Source of the DNA: an uncultured Alphaproteobacteria bacterium
GTDB taxonomy: Bacteria; Pseudomonadota; Alphaproteobacteria; CAAHEQ01; UBA3637
Direction: 5' to 3'
Assembly: GCA_947624545.1 (NCBI GenBank)
Contig: CANQKV010000002.1
Coordinates: forward strand, 1-53,692
Length of the DNA stretch: 53,692 nt
The notes beneath the pieces were generated by a model, which saw only the letters and a program-made list of their open reading frames with translations, ran no database searches and was not told the DNA's origin. Every line of letters begins with the position of its first letter. The first letter of the stretch is position 1. A program made the translations under genes and the position numbers. Shown here one piece after another: positions 1-9,559 of the stretch.

Positions 1-297
1 TCGTCAACCAATCATTTGGATATGTTGGTTGATAAAACGCAATCCGTTGAAGAACAGTTGGAAGATTCGCAAGATTTAGCCGTTAAAAAACGTTTGTTGT
101 TTGATGCCATCGGACGGTTATCCGAACGTGAACAAATTATTGTTAAAGAACGTTTTTTAAGCGAAACACCCAAAACGTTGGAAGAACTGGGCGAACAGTT
201 TCAAATCAGCAGAGAACGGGTGCGCCAGATTGAAACAAAAGCGTTTGAAAAAATTTCGAATACCGTTAAAGCCGAAGCGGCATTGTTGACCATTTAA
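1..297 (+). CDS. rpoH: RNA polymerase sigma-32 (RpoH-type) factor, C-terminal fragment; the 5' end lies outside the window
   Basis: Frame 1 is open from the window edge to the stop at 295-297. The sigma-70 region 4 HTH 'TLEELGEQFQISRERVRQIETKAFEKI' preceded by 'LSEREQIIVKERFLSE' is typical of alphaproteobacterial RpoH C-termini. Confidence 0.8.
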   Translation, partial: SSTNHLDMLVDKTQSVEEQLEDSQDLAVKKRLLFDAIGRLSEREQIIVKERFLSETPKTLEELGEQFQISRERVRQIETKAFEKISNTVKAEAALLTI

Positions 298-331
298 TCA
301 AAACAATTTTTCGAAAAAGCGCCGTCATTCT

Positions 332-1252
332 TTAAGAAAGTCGACTTTGCTTTTGATGTGCCAACAGATTAAATTGTTCGATTTTTTCTTCATTAAAACC
401 GGCAAGACGTAAATCTTCCGCCGAAACGATTTGTCCTGCTTGCCCCAATGTGTTTGTTTGAGCCTGTTCGCTCAATTCGGCGATTTTATCAATTTCTTCA
501 ACGGTAAACCCCTTTTGCAACATATCTTTCTTTGAAAGAGTGAATTGAACGGGGTCTTTTTCCGCTTCTTGTTCCGAGGCACCGAATAATTTACCGAGCA
601 AACCGCCGCCGATGATACCAATCAGCGATCCGATGATACCGAGATTATTTAGCTCATTTTGTGCCATATTTGTTGAAGATGTATTTTTTTTACCGGCTTG
701 ATAGGAAAAAGCAATGCAGTCATTTGTTTTTTCTTTTTCCTTTTTCAGTTTTTCGGCTATTTCTTCCCAATCGTTAATGGGAGAACGATAGCGAATATTC
801 GGCATATTTTGTTGAAAGGACGGTTGTGTTATTGGCGAGATTGAAGCAATATTTTGCGGGATTTCTCCATTGAGTACGGCTTGCGGATCGACGGCTTGTC
901 CGCCCGCCGTTCTGACTTCAAAATGCAAGTGCGGACCCGTACTCACACCCGTTGATCCGACAAAACCGATTTGTTCGCCCTCCCGAATGACTTGTCCGGG
1001 TTGAATATCGGTAAAACCGCTCATATGTCCGTAACGGGTTTCGCTTCCGTCAGCGTGTTTAATATATACCACGTTCCCATAGCCTCTTTGTGATTCGCGA
1101 ACGGTAATTACGCCGTCGGCAGCTGCAAAAACGGGTGTGCCTGCGGGTGCGGCAAAATCCATTCCTTTATGAAAACTGCTGGCGCCTTTCGCAGGGGCAT
1201 TGCGATAGCCGAATCGGGAAGAAATACGAGAGAAAAAAGGCAAAACGAACAT
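332..1252 (-). CDS. M23 (LytM) family metallopeptidase with a C-terminal hydrophobic segment
   Basis: The 306-aa ORF carries 'HKGMDFAAPAGTPV', 'GYGNVVYIKH' and 'GSTGVSTGPHLHFEV', the HxxxD and HxH zinc motifs of M23 peptidases. A glycine-rich hydrophobic stretch 'LGIIGSLIGIIGGGLLGKLF' lies in the C-terminal half. Confidence 0.85.
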   Translation of the reverse strand: MFVLPFFSRISSRFGYRNAPAKGASSFHKGMDFAAPAGTPVFAAADGVITVRESQRGYGNVVYIKHADGSETRYGHMSGFTDIQPGQVIREGEQIGFVGSTGVSTGPHLHFEVRTAGGQAVDPQAVLNGEIPQNIASISPITQPSFQQNMPNIRYRSPINDWEEIAEKLKKEKEKTNDCIAFSYQAGKKNTSSTNMAQNELNNLGIIGSLIGIIGGGLLGKLFGASEQEAEKDPVQFTLSKKDMLQKGFTVEEIDKIAELSEQAQTNTLGQAGQIVSAEDLRLAGFNEEKIEQFNLLAHQKQSRLS

Positions 1253-1331
1253 TTTTTATCCTATCACGTTATCAATAATGTTTTATTATACCATAAAATG
1301 TTTTGAATGTCAAACCAATCCGAAAAAGAAC

Positions 1332-2093
1332 CTATTTGCTTTTTCCCTTGTTTTTTTGATTTTCTTTCCATATTTTTTCGGGCGAAACGGGATGTTTAAG
1401 CAGTTGCCATTTCTGGGTGTTCGGAAAGTGTGTTTTAATCATTTCTTCGGGCGGTGTTAAAAACCAATAGTCATCCAGAGGGCGATCTCCCAATTCAATT
1501 TTTTCGGGATGTCTTTGCCGTTCTTTCAGCATTTTTTTGTAATCGCGATGCTTTTTATATGTTTGATCGAGAACATATTGTCCGCCCATTGCCCAAGTAA
1601 CATCCAACAAGTACCATTTTCCCTTGATTTTAACGGCATTCCAGGCGTGCGGTGCTTGAGCAGCCGTTTGCGGCGTTAAGTCATAACCGGCTTTTCCGAC
1701 TATTTTTTCGCAATTCAAATGCGCTCTTAATGCCATTTTCACAAAAAGCGTGGCAATATCACCGCAAACACCCAACCGTGTGAGATAAGGATCGTTTTTT
1801 TTCACAAACCCCCTTTTGCGATTGTTCAGCTTGACAATATTATCGGCTTTGTAGGCATCGTATTGAATATGCGTGGCAATCCATGTAAAAATAACGCGCG
1901 CTTTTAATTTTTCATCGGCGCGAAAGGGTTGAATTAAATATCTGACCAAATCGGGCATATCATCAAACTCCGGCGCATTTTTCGCGCGTTCGTCAGCCTG
2001 CGTGTAGTCGGTTGTATCCGCAGGCGGCTCCGCCGAAAACGACGGCGGTGCCATGAAAAGAATCAAAAGCAAAACGGCGTAAATAATTTTCAT
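1332..2093 (-). CDS. Secreted transglutaminase-like (Cys-His-Asp) domain protein
   Basis: 'GVCGDIATLF', 'HAWNAVKIKGKWYLLDVTW' resemble a transglutaminase-core cysteine protease fold. I chose the internal ATG at 2093 because it yields a signal peptide 'MKIIYAVLLLILFMAPPSFSA'. The ORF-track start at 2180 would abut truB. Confidence 0.6.
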   Translation of the reverse strand: MKIIYAVLLLILFMAPPSFSAEPPADTTDYTQADERAKNAPEFDDMPDLVRYLIQPFRADEKLKARVIFTWIATHIQYDAYKADNIVKLNNRKRGFVKKNDPYLTRLGVCGDIATLFVKMALRAHLNCEKIVGKAGYDLTPQTAAQAPHAWNAVKIKGKWYLLDVTWAMGGQYVLDQTYKKHRDYKKMLKERQRHPEKIELGDRPLDDYWFLTPPEEMIKTHFPNTQKWQLLKHPVSPEKIWKENQKNKGKSK

Positions 2094-2180
2094 ATATATA
2101 TCATACATTAAAGTCTGCCTTTTGTAAAGAAATAAAAAAATGATTGCAAAAAAAATAATTGTCGGTATTCTAAAAAGCAT

Positions 2181-3092
2181 ATGAAAAACAAAATAAACGG
2201 TTGGTTAATTATTGATAAGCCTTTGAATATGGGATCCACGCATGTTGTTTCCCGATTAAAAAGGTTATTGCATCCCGAAAGAATCGGGCATGCAGGCACG
2301 TTGGATCCGTTGGCTACCGGTGTTTTGCCGATTGCGTTGGGCAGTGCGACCAAAACCATTCCGTTTGTGATGGACGGCAAAAAAACATATGTTTTTGAAG
2401 TTTCATGGGGCGCACAAACGGAAACGGACGATCGGGAAGGGGCGGTTTTGTTCACTTCATCTTTGCGACCGAGTCGGGAAGACGTGGAAAAAATTATTCC
2501 TGCTTTTACGGGTACGATTTTACAAACGCCTCCGACATACAGCGCCTTAAAAGTCAACGGCAAACGGGCTTATGCGCTGGCGCGTAAGGGGCAGGAAGTC
2601 AGTTTGTCGGCACGTTCCGTTCAAATCGATTCGCTGCGTATTTTGTCCCATACGAATGAGGCAAGTGTTTTTGAAGTTGTTTGCGGTAAAGGAACATATA
2701 TTCGCTCATTGGGGCGAGAAATGGGGAAAAAGCTGGGTTGTTACGGCTTTATTTCTTCTTTAAGACGCACAAAATGCGGTCCGTTTGATATTAAAAATAC
2801 AATTTTACTTGAAAAATTTGAAAAAGAAGTTTATAATGGCTCTGATTTAAATCTTATTTCGGTTTTAACCGCACTGGACGACATCTTGGTGCTGGCCGTA
2901 GATCGGAAAGATTTAAAGGCGTTGGCGCACGGACAGGCAATCGGAATCGATTCGTTTTCGTCCGTTCAAAAAGAACGTTTAAGCCGATTACCGCTGCAAA
3001 GCGTTGTCGGATTAACGTTTGAAAGTCAACTGATCGCGTTGGCAAAATATGAAGGGGTGAATTTAAAGCCGTTTCGTGTTTTTGTCGATTAA
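2181..3092 (+). CDS. truB: tRNA pseudouridine(55) synthase
   Basis: 'GHAGTLDPLATGVLPIALGSATK' is the catalytic Asp motif, and 'YSALKVNGKRAYALAR' also fits. The gene sits in the conserved truB-rpsO-pnp order. Confidence 0.92.
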   Translation: MKNKINGWLIIDKPLNMGSTHVVSRLKRLLHPERIGHAGTLDPLATGVLPIALGSATKTIPFVMDGKKTYVFEVSWGAQTETDDREGAVLFTSSLRPSREDVEKIIPAFTGTILQTPPTYSALKVNGKRAYALARKGQEVSLSARSVQIDSLRILSHTNEASVFEVVCGKGTYIRSLGREMGKKLGCYGFISSLRRTKCGPFDIKNTILLEKFEKEVYNGSDLNLISVLTALDDILVLAVDRKDLKALAHGQAIGIDSFSSVQKERLSRLPLQSVVGLTFESQLIALAKYEGVNLKPFRVFVD

Positions 3093-3125
3093 CAAAGTAT
3101 CATATTTTATCGAAAGGAAAAAACG

Positions 3126-3395
3126 ATGTCGCTTTCAAAAGAAAAGAAACAACAAATTGTCAAAGACTATGCCGTACAAGCGGGAGATACGGGTTCGCCG
3201 GAAGTTCAAGTTGCTGTTTTAACGGCAAAAATTGAATATTTGTCCGAACATATGAAAACCCACGCCAAAGATTTTCATTCCCGTCGCGGATTAATGAAAA
3301 TGGTATCTTCCCGTCGGCGTTTGTTGGCTTACTTAAAGAAAGAAAATGAAGAGCGTTATGCAACCTTAATTAAGAAATTGGGCTTGCGTAAATAA
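3126..3395 (+). CDS. rpsO: 30S ribosomal protein S15
   Basis: The ORF is 89 aa and contains '[37 protein letters not shown]'. An RBS 'aaaggaaaaaacg' precedes the ATG. Confidence 0.96.
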   Translation: MSLSKEKKQQIVKDYAVQAGDTGSPEVQVAVLTAKIEYLSEHMKTHAKDFHSRRGLMKMVSSRRRLLAYLKKENEERYATLIKKLGLRK

Positions 3396-3401
3396 ATCTC
3401 C

Positions 3402-3436
3402 AAAGGGGAGTGTCAAGGGATACTCCCCTTTTATTG
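3402..3436 (+). terminator. Hairpin after rpsO; rpsO terminator or pnp leader stem
   Basis: aaaggggagt (3402-3411) pairs with actcccctttt (3422-3432) around a 10-nt loop and is followed by a T-rich tail. The position matches the known rpsO-pnp intergenic processing/termination hairpin of other bacteria. Confidence 0.5.
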
Positions 3437-3456
3437 TTTGCAGGAAGGAAAAGAAA

Positions 3457-5607
3457 ATGAGTATATTTACAACATATAAAAAAGAAATTGAATGGGGTGG
3501 AAAAACACTCTCGATTGAAACAGGCAAAATATCCAGACAGGCTGACGGAGCCGTGATTGTCAAATATGGTGATACGGTTGTTCATGCGGCTGTTTGTGCC
3601 AGTAAAAAAGAGCCTGATACTTTTGAAGATTTTATTCCGTTAACGGTTAATTATATTGAAAAAAGTTATGCGGCAGGGCGCATTCCGGGTGGATTTTTTA
3701 AACGGGAAGGCAAACCCTCCGAAGAAGAAATTTTAACCTCGCGTTTGATTGATCGTCCGATTCGTCCGTTGTTTGTGAAAGGTTTTAATAACGAAACACA
3801 GGTAACGGCAACATTATTAAGTTTTGATATGAAAACTCAACCGGATATTGTGGCAATGATTGCGGCTTCTGCGGCGCTTACCATTTCCGGATTGCCGTTT
3901 TTGGGACCTATTGCAGGCGCCCGAATCGGTTATGTGAACGGCGAATATGTTTTAAATCCCGATGTGGATTTGTTAAAATCCAGCCAATTAAACTTGGTTG
4001 TTGCCGGCACGCAGGAAGGTGTTTTAATGGTGGAATCGGAAGCGCAAGAGCTTTCCGAAGAAACGATGCTGGGTGCCGTTTCATTCGGGCATGACTGCAT
4101 TAAACCCGTTATTCAAATGATTATTGAATTAGCGGAAATGTGCGCCAAAGAGCCGTGGAGTGTGAAAGAAGAACCGGCGGAATATGAAGTCGTTCGGAAC
4201 GAAATTTCCACGCAACTGGGCGAAGAAATTAAAACGGCTTATCACATTCACGAAAAGCAAAAACGGTTATCGACGTTAGATGAAATTCGGGAAAAAGCCA
4301 GAGCTTTGTTTGCCGATAAAGAAGCCGAAAGTGCCGTTTGCGATAAAGTTTTCCATGAATTGGAAGCGCGTACGGTACGCGACATGGTGTTAGATACGGG
4401 CTTGCGCATTGACGGACGTGATACAAAAACCATTCGCGTTATTGAAACGGAAGTCGGTGTGTTACCGAAAACACACGGGTCGGCATTGTTTACGCGCGGT
4501 GAAACGCAAGGGTTGGTTGTTGCCACGTTAGGTACGGGCGAAGATGAGCAAATCGTCGATTCTTTGGCGGGCGAATATAAAGAAACATTTATGTTGCATT
4601 ATAATTTTCCGCCGTTTTCCGTAGGTGAAGTCGGTCGAATCGGCTCTCCCGGGCGACGTGAAATCGGACACGGAAAATTGGCATGGCGCGCCATTCATCC
4701 GATGTTGCCGAGCAAAGAAGAATTTCCTTACACGATTCGGGTTGTGTCGGAAATTATGGAATCGAACGGTTCCTCATCGATGGCAACGGTTTGCGGTTCC
4801 ACGTTGGCGTTAATGGATGCCGGTGTCCCGATGAAAAAACCGGTTGCCGGTATTGCCATGGGCTTAATTAAGGAAAAAGACAAGTTTGTTGTTTTATCCG
4901 ATATTTTGGGTGATGAAGACCATTTGGGCGATATGGACTTTAAAGTCGCCGGTACGAAAGACGGCGTCACCGCTTTGCAAATGGATATTAAAATTACCTC
5001 AATCACGAAAGAAATTATGGCGCAAGCATTGGCGCAAGCGCATGAAGGGCGTCTGTTCATTTTAGGTAAAATGGCAGAGTCTTTGGCAGCGCCGCGACCA
5101 ACCATCAGCGAAAATGCGCCGCGGATTTTATCTTTGCAAATTGATAAAGATAAAATTCGAGATGTTATCGGTACAGGCGGTAAAGTCATTCGTGAAATTG
5201 TTGAAAAAACGGGTGCCAAAATTGATGTTGAAGAAGACGGAACTGTTCGTATTGCTTCCGTTTCGGGCGAATCGGGTGAACAAGCTTTAAAATGGATTAA
5301 AGATATTGTCAGCGAACCTGAAATCGGTGTTATTTATGACGGAACCGTTGTTAAAATTATGGACTTTGGCGCTTTTGTAAACTTTATGGGTAATCGTGAC
5401 GGACTGGTACATGTGTCTGAAATTGCACCGCATCGTGTTGAAAAAGTGACCGATGTTTTAAAAGAAGGTGATAAAGTGAAAGTGCTTTGCACCGGTATTG
5501 ATAATCGCGGTAAAATTAAATTGTCCATGAAACGGGTCAATCAGGAAACGGGCGAAGAAATCCCTGCGGAAGAAAAGCCCAAACACCATAAATCGACAGA
5601 AGAATGA
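3457..5607 (+). CDS. pnp: Polyribonucleotide nucleotidyltransferase (PNPase)
   Basis: The 716-aa ORF has two RNase PH domains, then KH ('[21 protein letters not shown]') and S1 ('[15 protein letters not shown]') domains. Confidence 0.97.
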   Translation: MSIFTTYKKEIEWGGKTLSIETGKISRQADGAVIVKYGDTVVHAAVCASKKEPDTFEDFIPLTVNYIEKSYAAGRIPGGFFKREGKPSEEEILTSRLIDRPIRPLFVKGFNNETQVTATLLSFDMKTQPDIVAMIAASAALTISGLPFLGPIAGARIGYVNGEYVLNPDVDLLKSSQLNLVVAGTQEGVLMVESEAQELSEETMLGAVSFGHDCIKPVIQMIIELAEMCAKEPWSVKEEPAEYEVVRNEISTQLGEEIKTAYHIHEKQKRLSTLDEIREKARALFADKEAESAVCDKVFHELEARTVRDMVLDTGLRIDGRDTKTIRVIETEVGVLPKTHGSALFTRGETQGLVVATLGTGEDEQIVDSLAGEYKETFMLHYNFPPFSVGEVGRIGSPGRREIGHGKLAWRAIHPMLPSKEEFPYTIRVVSEIMESNGSSSMATVCGSTLALMDAGVPMKKPVAGIAMGLIKEKDKFVVLSDILGDEDHLGDMDFKVAGTKDGVTALQMDIKITSITKEIMAQALAQAHEGRLFILGKMAESLAAPRPTISENAPRILSLQIDKDKIRDVIGTGGKVIREIVEKTGAKIDVEEDGTVRIASVSGESGEQALKWIKDIVSEPEIGVIYDGTVVKIMDFGAFVNFMGNRDGLVHVSEIAPHRVEKVTDVLKEGDKVKVLCTGIDNRGKIKLSMKRVNQETGEEIPAEEKPKHHKSTEE

Positions 5608-5623
5608 TTTTGCCGATAAAATC

Positions 5624-5657
5624 AAAAAAGGCTGCTTTTTTTAAGGCAGCCTTTTTT
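5624..5657. terminator. Bidirectional rho-independent terminator between convergent pnp and the GT4 gene
   Basis: aaaaaaggctgc (5624-5635) is the exact reverse complement of gcagcctttttt (5646-5657). The A-run and T-run flanks allow termination from both sides. Confidence 0.65.
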
Positions 5658-5671
5658 ATGACGGAATAAAA

Positions 5672-6802
5672 TTATTTTTCGTTTAAAATGCTTTCGAAAT
5701 TGTGTTTGAAAACGTTAAGAGAATGATTTTGAATAAAATCCGGCCAATAGGGTTCAAAATCTTGTTTTCGAATAAGACCCGCATCTGTTTTTTCCAATAT
5801 TTGCGCTAATTCTGCCGTATTTTGCGGTTCAAACAAAACGCCTCTTTTGCCGTCGGCTAAAATTTCACGCGGACCGGAAACACAATCGGATGAAACGGGA
5901 ATGGTGCCGCAAATCATAGCTTCAAGTAATACCATTCCGTATCCTTCCGATAAAGAAGATAAAATCAAAGCTTTCGAATGACGCATATAAGAGAAAGGGT
6001 TTGCCGTATTGCCTTTTAAAATAACCTGTTTTTCAAGATGAAGGGCATGAATTAAGTTTTGATAATAAGTTGTTTTCTTGCCCGCTCCCAAAAGGTAAAG
6101 TTTTGTGGAAGAGTGTGTTTTTTCATAAAACAGGTTATAAGCCTCGATAAGCGTTTGAATATCTTTATCTGCGTCAATGCGTCCGACATAAACGAAAAAA
6201 GGCGTTTTGTTTTCGGGAATATCCGCCGAGCTTTGTTGAGATACTTCATCAATATTTATTGGATTTAAAAGCGTTTTAACGGGAACAAACGGGCGGTTTT
6301 TTTGAATATCTTTCGTAAATGTATGACTGATACCGATAATGTTTTTGTATACGGTGACTTTTTTTCTGATTTTCTTTGCTTTTGCAAAAACAGAGGTAGA
6401 GCCGTGAAACCAACACCATTTTTGAAGGGAAGCGGGTAATTTTTTGGCATAATTATAAAAAGCAAAGTTCAAAAAATCAACCCATAAAATCGTGTTTTCA
6501 TCGCAAAGCTCTTTCATAAACTTTAAAGATTGAAAAAACAGTTTTCGACCGGTAAATATTTTCCAATAAATTTTTTTAAAAAAAGGTTTCGGTTTAATAA
6601 TACCGGGAAACAGGTTTTCCAAGCAAAAAATATGAATGTTGAAAGAAGAAAGCTTATCAAACAAGTCGCAGGGTGTCGGTTTTTTTCGAATAATCACATA
6701 AATATCATAATCTGTTTGTAAAGCTTGAATGATATTAACTAGAATTCTTTCCGCACCACTGGTTACAAATTGCGGCAGATTAAAAATAATTTTCTTTTTC
6801 AT
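5672..6802 (-). CDS. Glycosyltransferase, GT4 (GT-B, Glycos_transf_1) family
   Basis: The C-terminal 'SSLSEGYGMVLLEAMICGTIPVSSDCVSGPREIL' is an E-x7-E type motif. The start is taken at ATG 6802 (MKKKIIFNLPQ). The ORF-track start at 6823 is a GTG seven codons upstream. Confidence 0.8.
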   Translation of the reverse strand: MKKKIIFNLPQFVTSGAERILVNIIQALQTDYDIYVIIRKKPTPCDLFDKLSSFNIHIFCLENLFPGIIKPKPFFKKIYWKIFTGRKLFFQSLKFMKELCDENTILWVDFLNFAFYNYAKKLPASLQKWCWFHGSTSVFAKAKKIRKKVTVYKNIIGISHTFTKDIQKNRPFVPVKTLLNPINIDEVSQQSSADIPENKTPFFVYVGRIDADKDIQTLIEAYNLFYEKTHSSTKLYLLGAGKKTTYYQNLIHALHLEKQVILKGNTANPFSYMRHSKALILSSLSEGYGMVLLEAMICGTIPVSSDCVSGPREILADGKRGVLFEPQNTAELAQILEKTDAGLIRKQDFEPYWPDFIQNHSLNVFKHNFESILNEK

Positions 6803-6857
6803 GTGTTTTTCCGAACTTTTCACTTTTTCACGGCGTGAAATTGTTTTAAAGTTTTGG

Positions 6858-7562
6858 TTATGCTTTTGTTTCCGTTGACTCTTTAACCGGTAAATCTTTT
6901 AAAATATAGCCGCGACCCCAAACGGTTTGAATATATTCTTCCGTCGGCGCCAGTTTTTCGATTTTCCGCCGAATTTTACATAAAAACACATCAATGATTT
7001 TCATTTCAGGCTCATCCATACCGCCATACAAGTGATTTAAAAACTGTTCTTTGTTAATGGTGGTGCCTTTGCGTAACGCCAATAATTCAAACAAGGCATA
7101 TTCTTTGCCCGTTAAGTTTAAAACTTTGCCGTTAATGGTAACAATTTTGGAATTCAAATTAATTTCCATACCGCCGGTACGAACAATGGCATCGGCATGC
7201 CCTTTGGCACGACGAACAATGGCATTGACTCGTGCGACAAGCTCTGTTCTGTCAAACGGCTTTGTTAAATAGTCATCGGCACCGCAGCCGAAGCCTTTCA
7301 CTTTCTTATCGGGTGCCGTTAAGCCCGATAAAATAAGAACCGGTGTGTCGATATGAGCGTTTCGCAATCTTCTCAACACTTCATATCCTTCCATATCGGG
7401 CAATAACAAATCAAGAATAATAATATCGTATTCATAAAGTTTGGCAACTTCCAAACCGTCTTCACCCAAATAAGACGTATCAACGACCATATTTTCTTTT
7501 TTCAAAATAAGTGAAATGTTTTGACTGACGGTTTTGTCGTCCTCAATTAATAAAACACGCAT
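6858..7562 (-). CDS. ctrA: Cell-cycle response regulator CtrA (OmpR family)
   Basis: 'MRVLLIEDDKTVSQNISLILKKENMVVDTSYLGEDGLEVAKLYEYDIIILDLLLPDMEGYEVLRRLR' is colinear with alphaproteobacterial CtrA. The C-terminus has a winged helix, 'IQTVWGRGYIL'. Confidence 0.82.
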   Translation of the reverse strand: MRVLLIEDDKTVSQNISLILKKENMVVDTSYLGEDGLEVAKLYEYDIIILDLLLPDMEGYEVLRRLRNAHIDTPVLILSGLTAPDKKVKGFGCGADDYLTKPFDRTELVARVNAIVRRAKGHADAIVRTGGMEINLNSKIVTINGKVLNLTGKEYALFELLALRKGTTINKEQFLNHLYGGMDEPEMKIIDVFLCKIRRKIEKLAPTEEYIQTVWGRGYILKDLPVKESTETKA

Positions 7563-7592
7563 GGGACTACCTCCTGTTAAATTGTTTTATAA

Positions 7593-7607
7593 TTAACTTT
7601 ATGTTAA
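7593..7607. promoter_or_regulatory. Candidate CtrA box (TTAA-N7-TTAA) upstream of ctrA
   Basis: ttaactttatgttaa has TTAA at 7593-7596 and 7604-7607 with a 7-nt spacer. It lies 31-45 nt upstream of the ctrA ATG. The motif is short and AT-rich, so a chance match is plausible. Confidence 0.3.
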
Positions 7608-7755
7608 TTTTTATTTTTTTGCAAGCATAACTTTGCATAAAAGCAAAAAAAATGACATTTTTTTTTAAAGAGGATCATTTTTTTCTTTTTTATATGCGAG
7701 AGTCTGCCTCGTTTTTAGCTTTTTTAACAACTATTTAGATAAAAAGGACTTAAAA

Positions 7756-9546
7756 ATGCCACAAAAGAAAAAACGAATCGATTTTCATCGCTGTTGGCGA
7801 CAAATGCCTTGTTGCAGAGCTTTTAATCAAATGAATGTCGGTGTTGTGTTCACATTAAACGGTTCTATTGAGTTTGTAAACGGGCAAATGTGCCTGTATT
7901 TAAAAAAAACGCCGAAGCAATTATACGGGAAAAGCTGGAAATATGTTTTTCGCGGCAATCAACCGTTAATAAACGCCTTGTTTCGTGCGGAGCAGGCTTT
8001 GAATAAGGCGGAATGTTGTTATTATCTGACTCGAAAATCAATTTTTCCGTTCGGTGTTCGTCGGCGCATTTTTCGCATTATGAGTTACTGGATTCATCCG
8101 CAAAATAAAAATGCGGGTCTTTGTTGGGTGTTTCAAGATATAACCGAACTGATTTCTCAAAAACAATTAAGCCTTTATGAAAAAACATCTGTTCGTGTTT
8201 TTGAATTGCTGCGGGAATCGGACGGATCGTTTAATGAAAAGCAAGTTTTTTATCGTTTGACACAAGAAATTTTCAGGCAATATCGCTTTCAAAGCGCCGT
8301 TTTCCTTGCTTTTGAAAATCAAACGCCGAATCTGACGTTTTCTTTCGGTGCCGATGAGGCTTTTTTATCGGCATTGCAAGCACTCTTGACAAACAAAGAA
8401 ACAGTTTCCCGATTAACGGCGTATAGAGCTGTTCAAACACGCAAAGTTGTTTGTTGTCGCAATATGGAGGCGCATTCACTTTATCGGGCGTTCTTTCAGG
8501 CAAAAAAAGCCGATAAAGAGGCATGCGAATCGATGAGTGTTTGTTCGTTTCCCGTTTTTGTGCGGCGACAGTTACAAGGTGTTATCAGCTTTTACGGTGC
8601 GGATCCCGATTTTTTTGATTCTGTTCTCGTTTCTCACTTAAAACAACTTATTCATGCGGTTTGTTTATATATGGGAGAAGTGCGCGTGCGCAAAAAACAA
8701 CAATTATCGCTTTATTTGTTACGGGCGCGCTTGGAAAATCAGGTAAAAGAATTGGAAAAAAATAAACTTTTAATGCAAAAACAAATGGCGGAATCCAATA
8801 AAATAGTGGCGGATTTGATAGACGCGCGTCATCGTGCCGTTTCGGGACGGGAAACACAAATGAATTTTTTGGCAAACGTCAGTCACGAATTACGGACGCC
8901 GCTCAATGCCGTTTTGGGTTTTGCGCAAATTTTGGCATCGGAAACATTCGGTCCGTTGGGACAGCCCGTATATAAGGAATACGCTTCCTTTATTCAAAAA
9001 AGCGCTTTTCATCTGCTCGGTTTGATTAACGATATTTTAGATGTTTCCCGTATTGAAACGGGAAAGGCGGTTTTAAACGAAAAAACGGTTGATTTGAAAA
9101 AAAGTTTAAAAGAATCGCTTGATTTAATTTCACAATATCCCGGCGCGGCATTTCGCAAAATAACACTGCATTTTTCGGGAAACATAAAATTATATGCCGA
9201 CGAGCGCGCCTTGCGACAGATTTTTTTAAACATTCTTTCCAATGCCGTCAAGTTTACGAAAAGCGGCGGAAAGATTGATATTTTTGTTTCAAAAACACCT
9301 CAAAACGTGCGGTTGGTTTTTCAAGATGACGGCATCGGTATCGCTTCCGATAAAATTAATTCGTTATTCAAACCGTTTGCCCAAATTGAAAATATTTTAA
9401 CGCGTTCGCACGTCGGATCAGGATTAGGACTTGTATTAATTAAAAAAATGGTTATACTACATCAAGGGACGGTGCGTTTGGAAAGCAAAGAAGGTTGCGG
9501 AACCAAGGTTATTGTTTGTTTTCCCGTCAGTCGAACGGTTATTTGA
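7756..9546 (+). CDS. Soluble sensor histidine kinase (PAS-like, GAF-like, coiled coil, HisKA, HATPase_c)
   Basis: It has the H-box 'FLANVSHELRTPLNAVLGFAQIL', the N-box 'IFLNILSNAVKFT', and G-boxes 'DDGIGI' and 'GSGLGLVLIKKMV'. I see no hydrophobic TM segment. An RBS 'aaaggac' precedes the ATG. Confidence 0.85.
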   Translation: MPQKKKRIDFHRCWRQMPCCRAFNQMNVGVVFTLNGSIEFVNGQMCLYLKKTPKQLYGKSWKYVFRGNQPLINALFRAEQALNKAECCYYLTRKSIFPFGVRRRIFRIMSYWIHPQNKNAGLCWVFQDITELISQKQLSLYEKTSVRVFELLRESDGSFNEKQVFYRLTQEIFRQYRFQSAVFLAFENQTPNLTFSFGADEAFLSALQALLTNKETVSRLTAYRAVQTRKVVCCRNMEAHSLYRAFFQAKKADKEACESMSVCSFPVFVRRQLQGVISFYGADPDFFDSVLVSHLKQLIHAVCLYMGEVRVRKKQQLSLYLLRARLENQVKELEKNKLLMQKQMAESNKIVADLIDARHRAVSGRETQMNFLANVSHELRTPLNAVLGFAQILASETFGPLGQPVYKEYASFIQKSAFHLLGLINDILDVSRIETGKAVLNEKTVDLKKSLKESLDLISQYPGAAFRKITLHFSGNIKLYADERALRQIFLNILSNAVKFTKSGGKIDIFVSKTPQNVRLVFQDDGIGIASDKINSLFKPFAQIENILTRSHVGSGLGLVLIKKMVILHQGTVRLESKEGCGTKVIVCFPVSRTVI

Positions 9547-9559
9547 AAGGGTTAAAAGA

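Noticed and set aside
2108-2563. 151-aa minus-strand ORF overlapping truB, and similar long shadow ORFs (4728-5219 in pnp, 12730-13092 in the permease, 24730-25176, 27275-27701 in ugd, 42612-43617 in PEPCK, 46769-47233 over rplL, 49893-50348 and 52058-52378 in rpoB/rpoC).
   Set aside because: All are antisense or out of frame to genes with unambiguous conserved products. They lack RBSs and have low-complexity or odd composition, as expected for shadow ORFs.
9512-9559. The longer start of the binding-protein ORF, which overlaps the histidine kinase 3' end.
   Set aside because: The internal ATG at 9560 gives a canonical signal peptide and removes the 35-nt overlap. The upstream 16 codons have no protein-like features.
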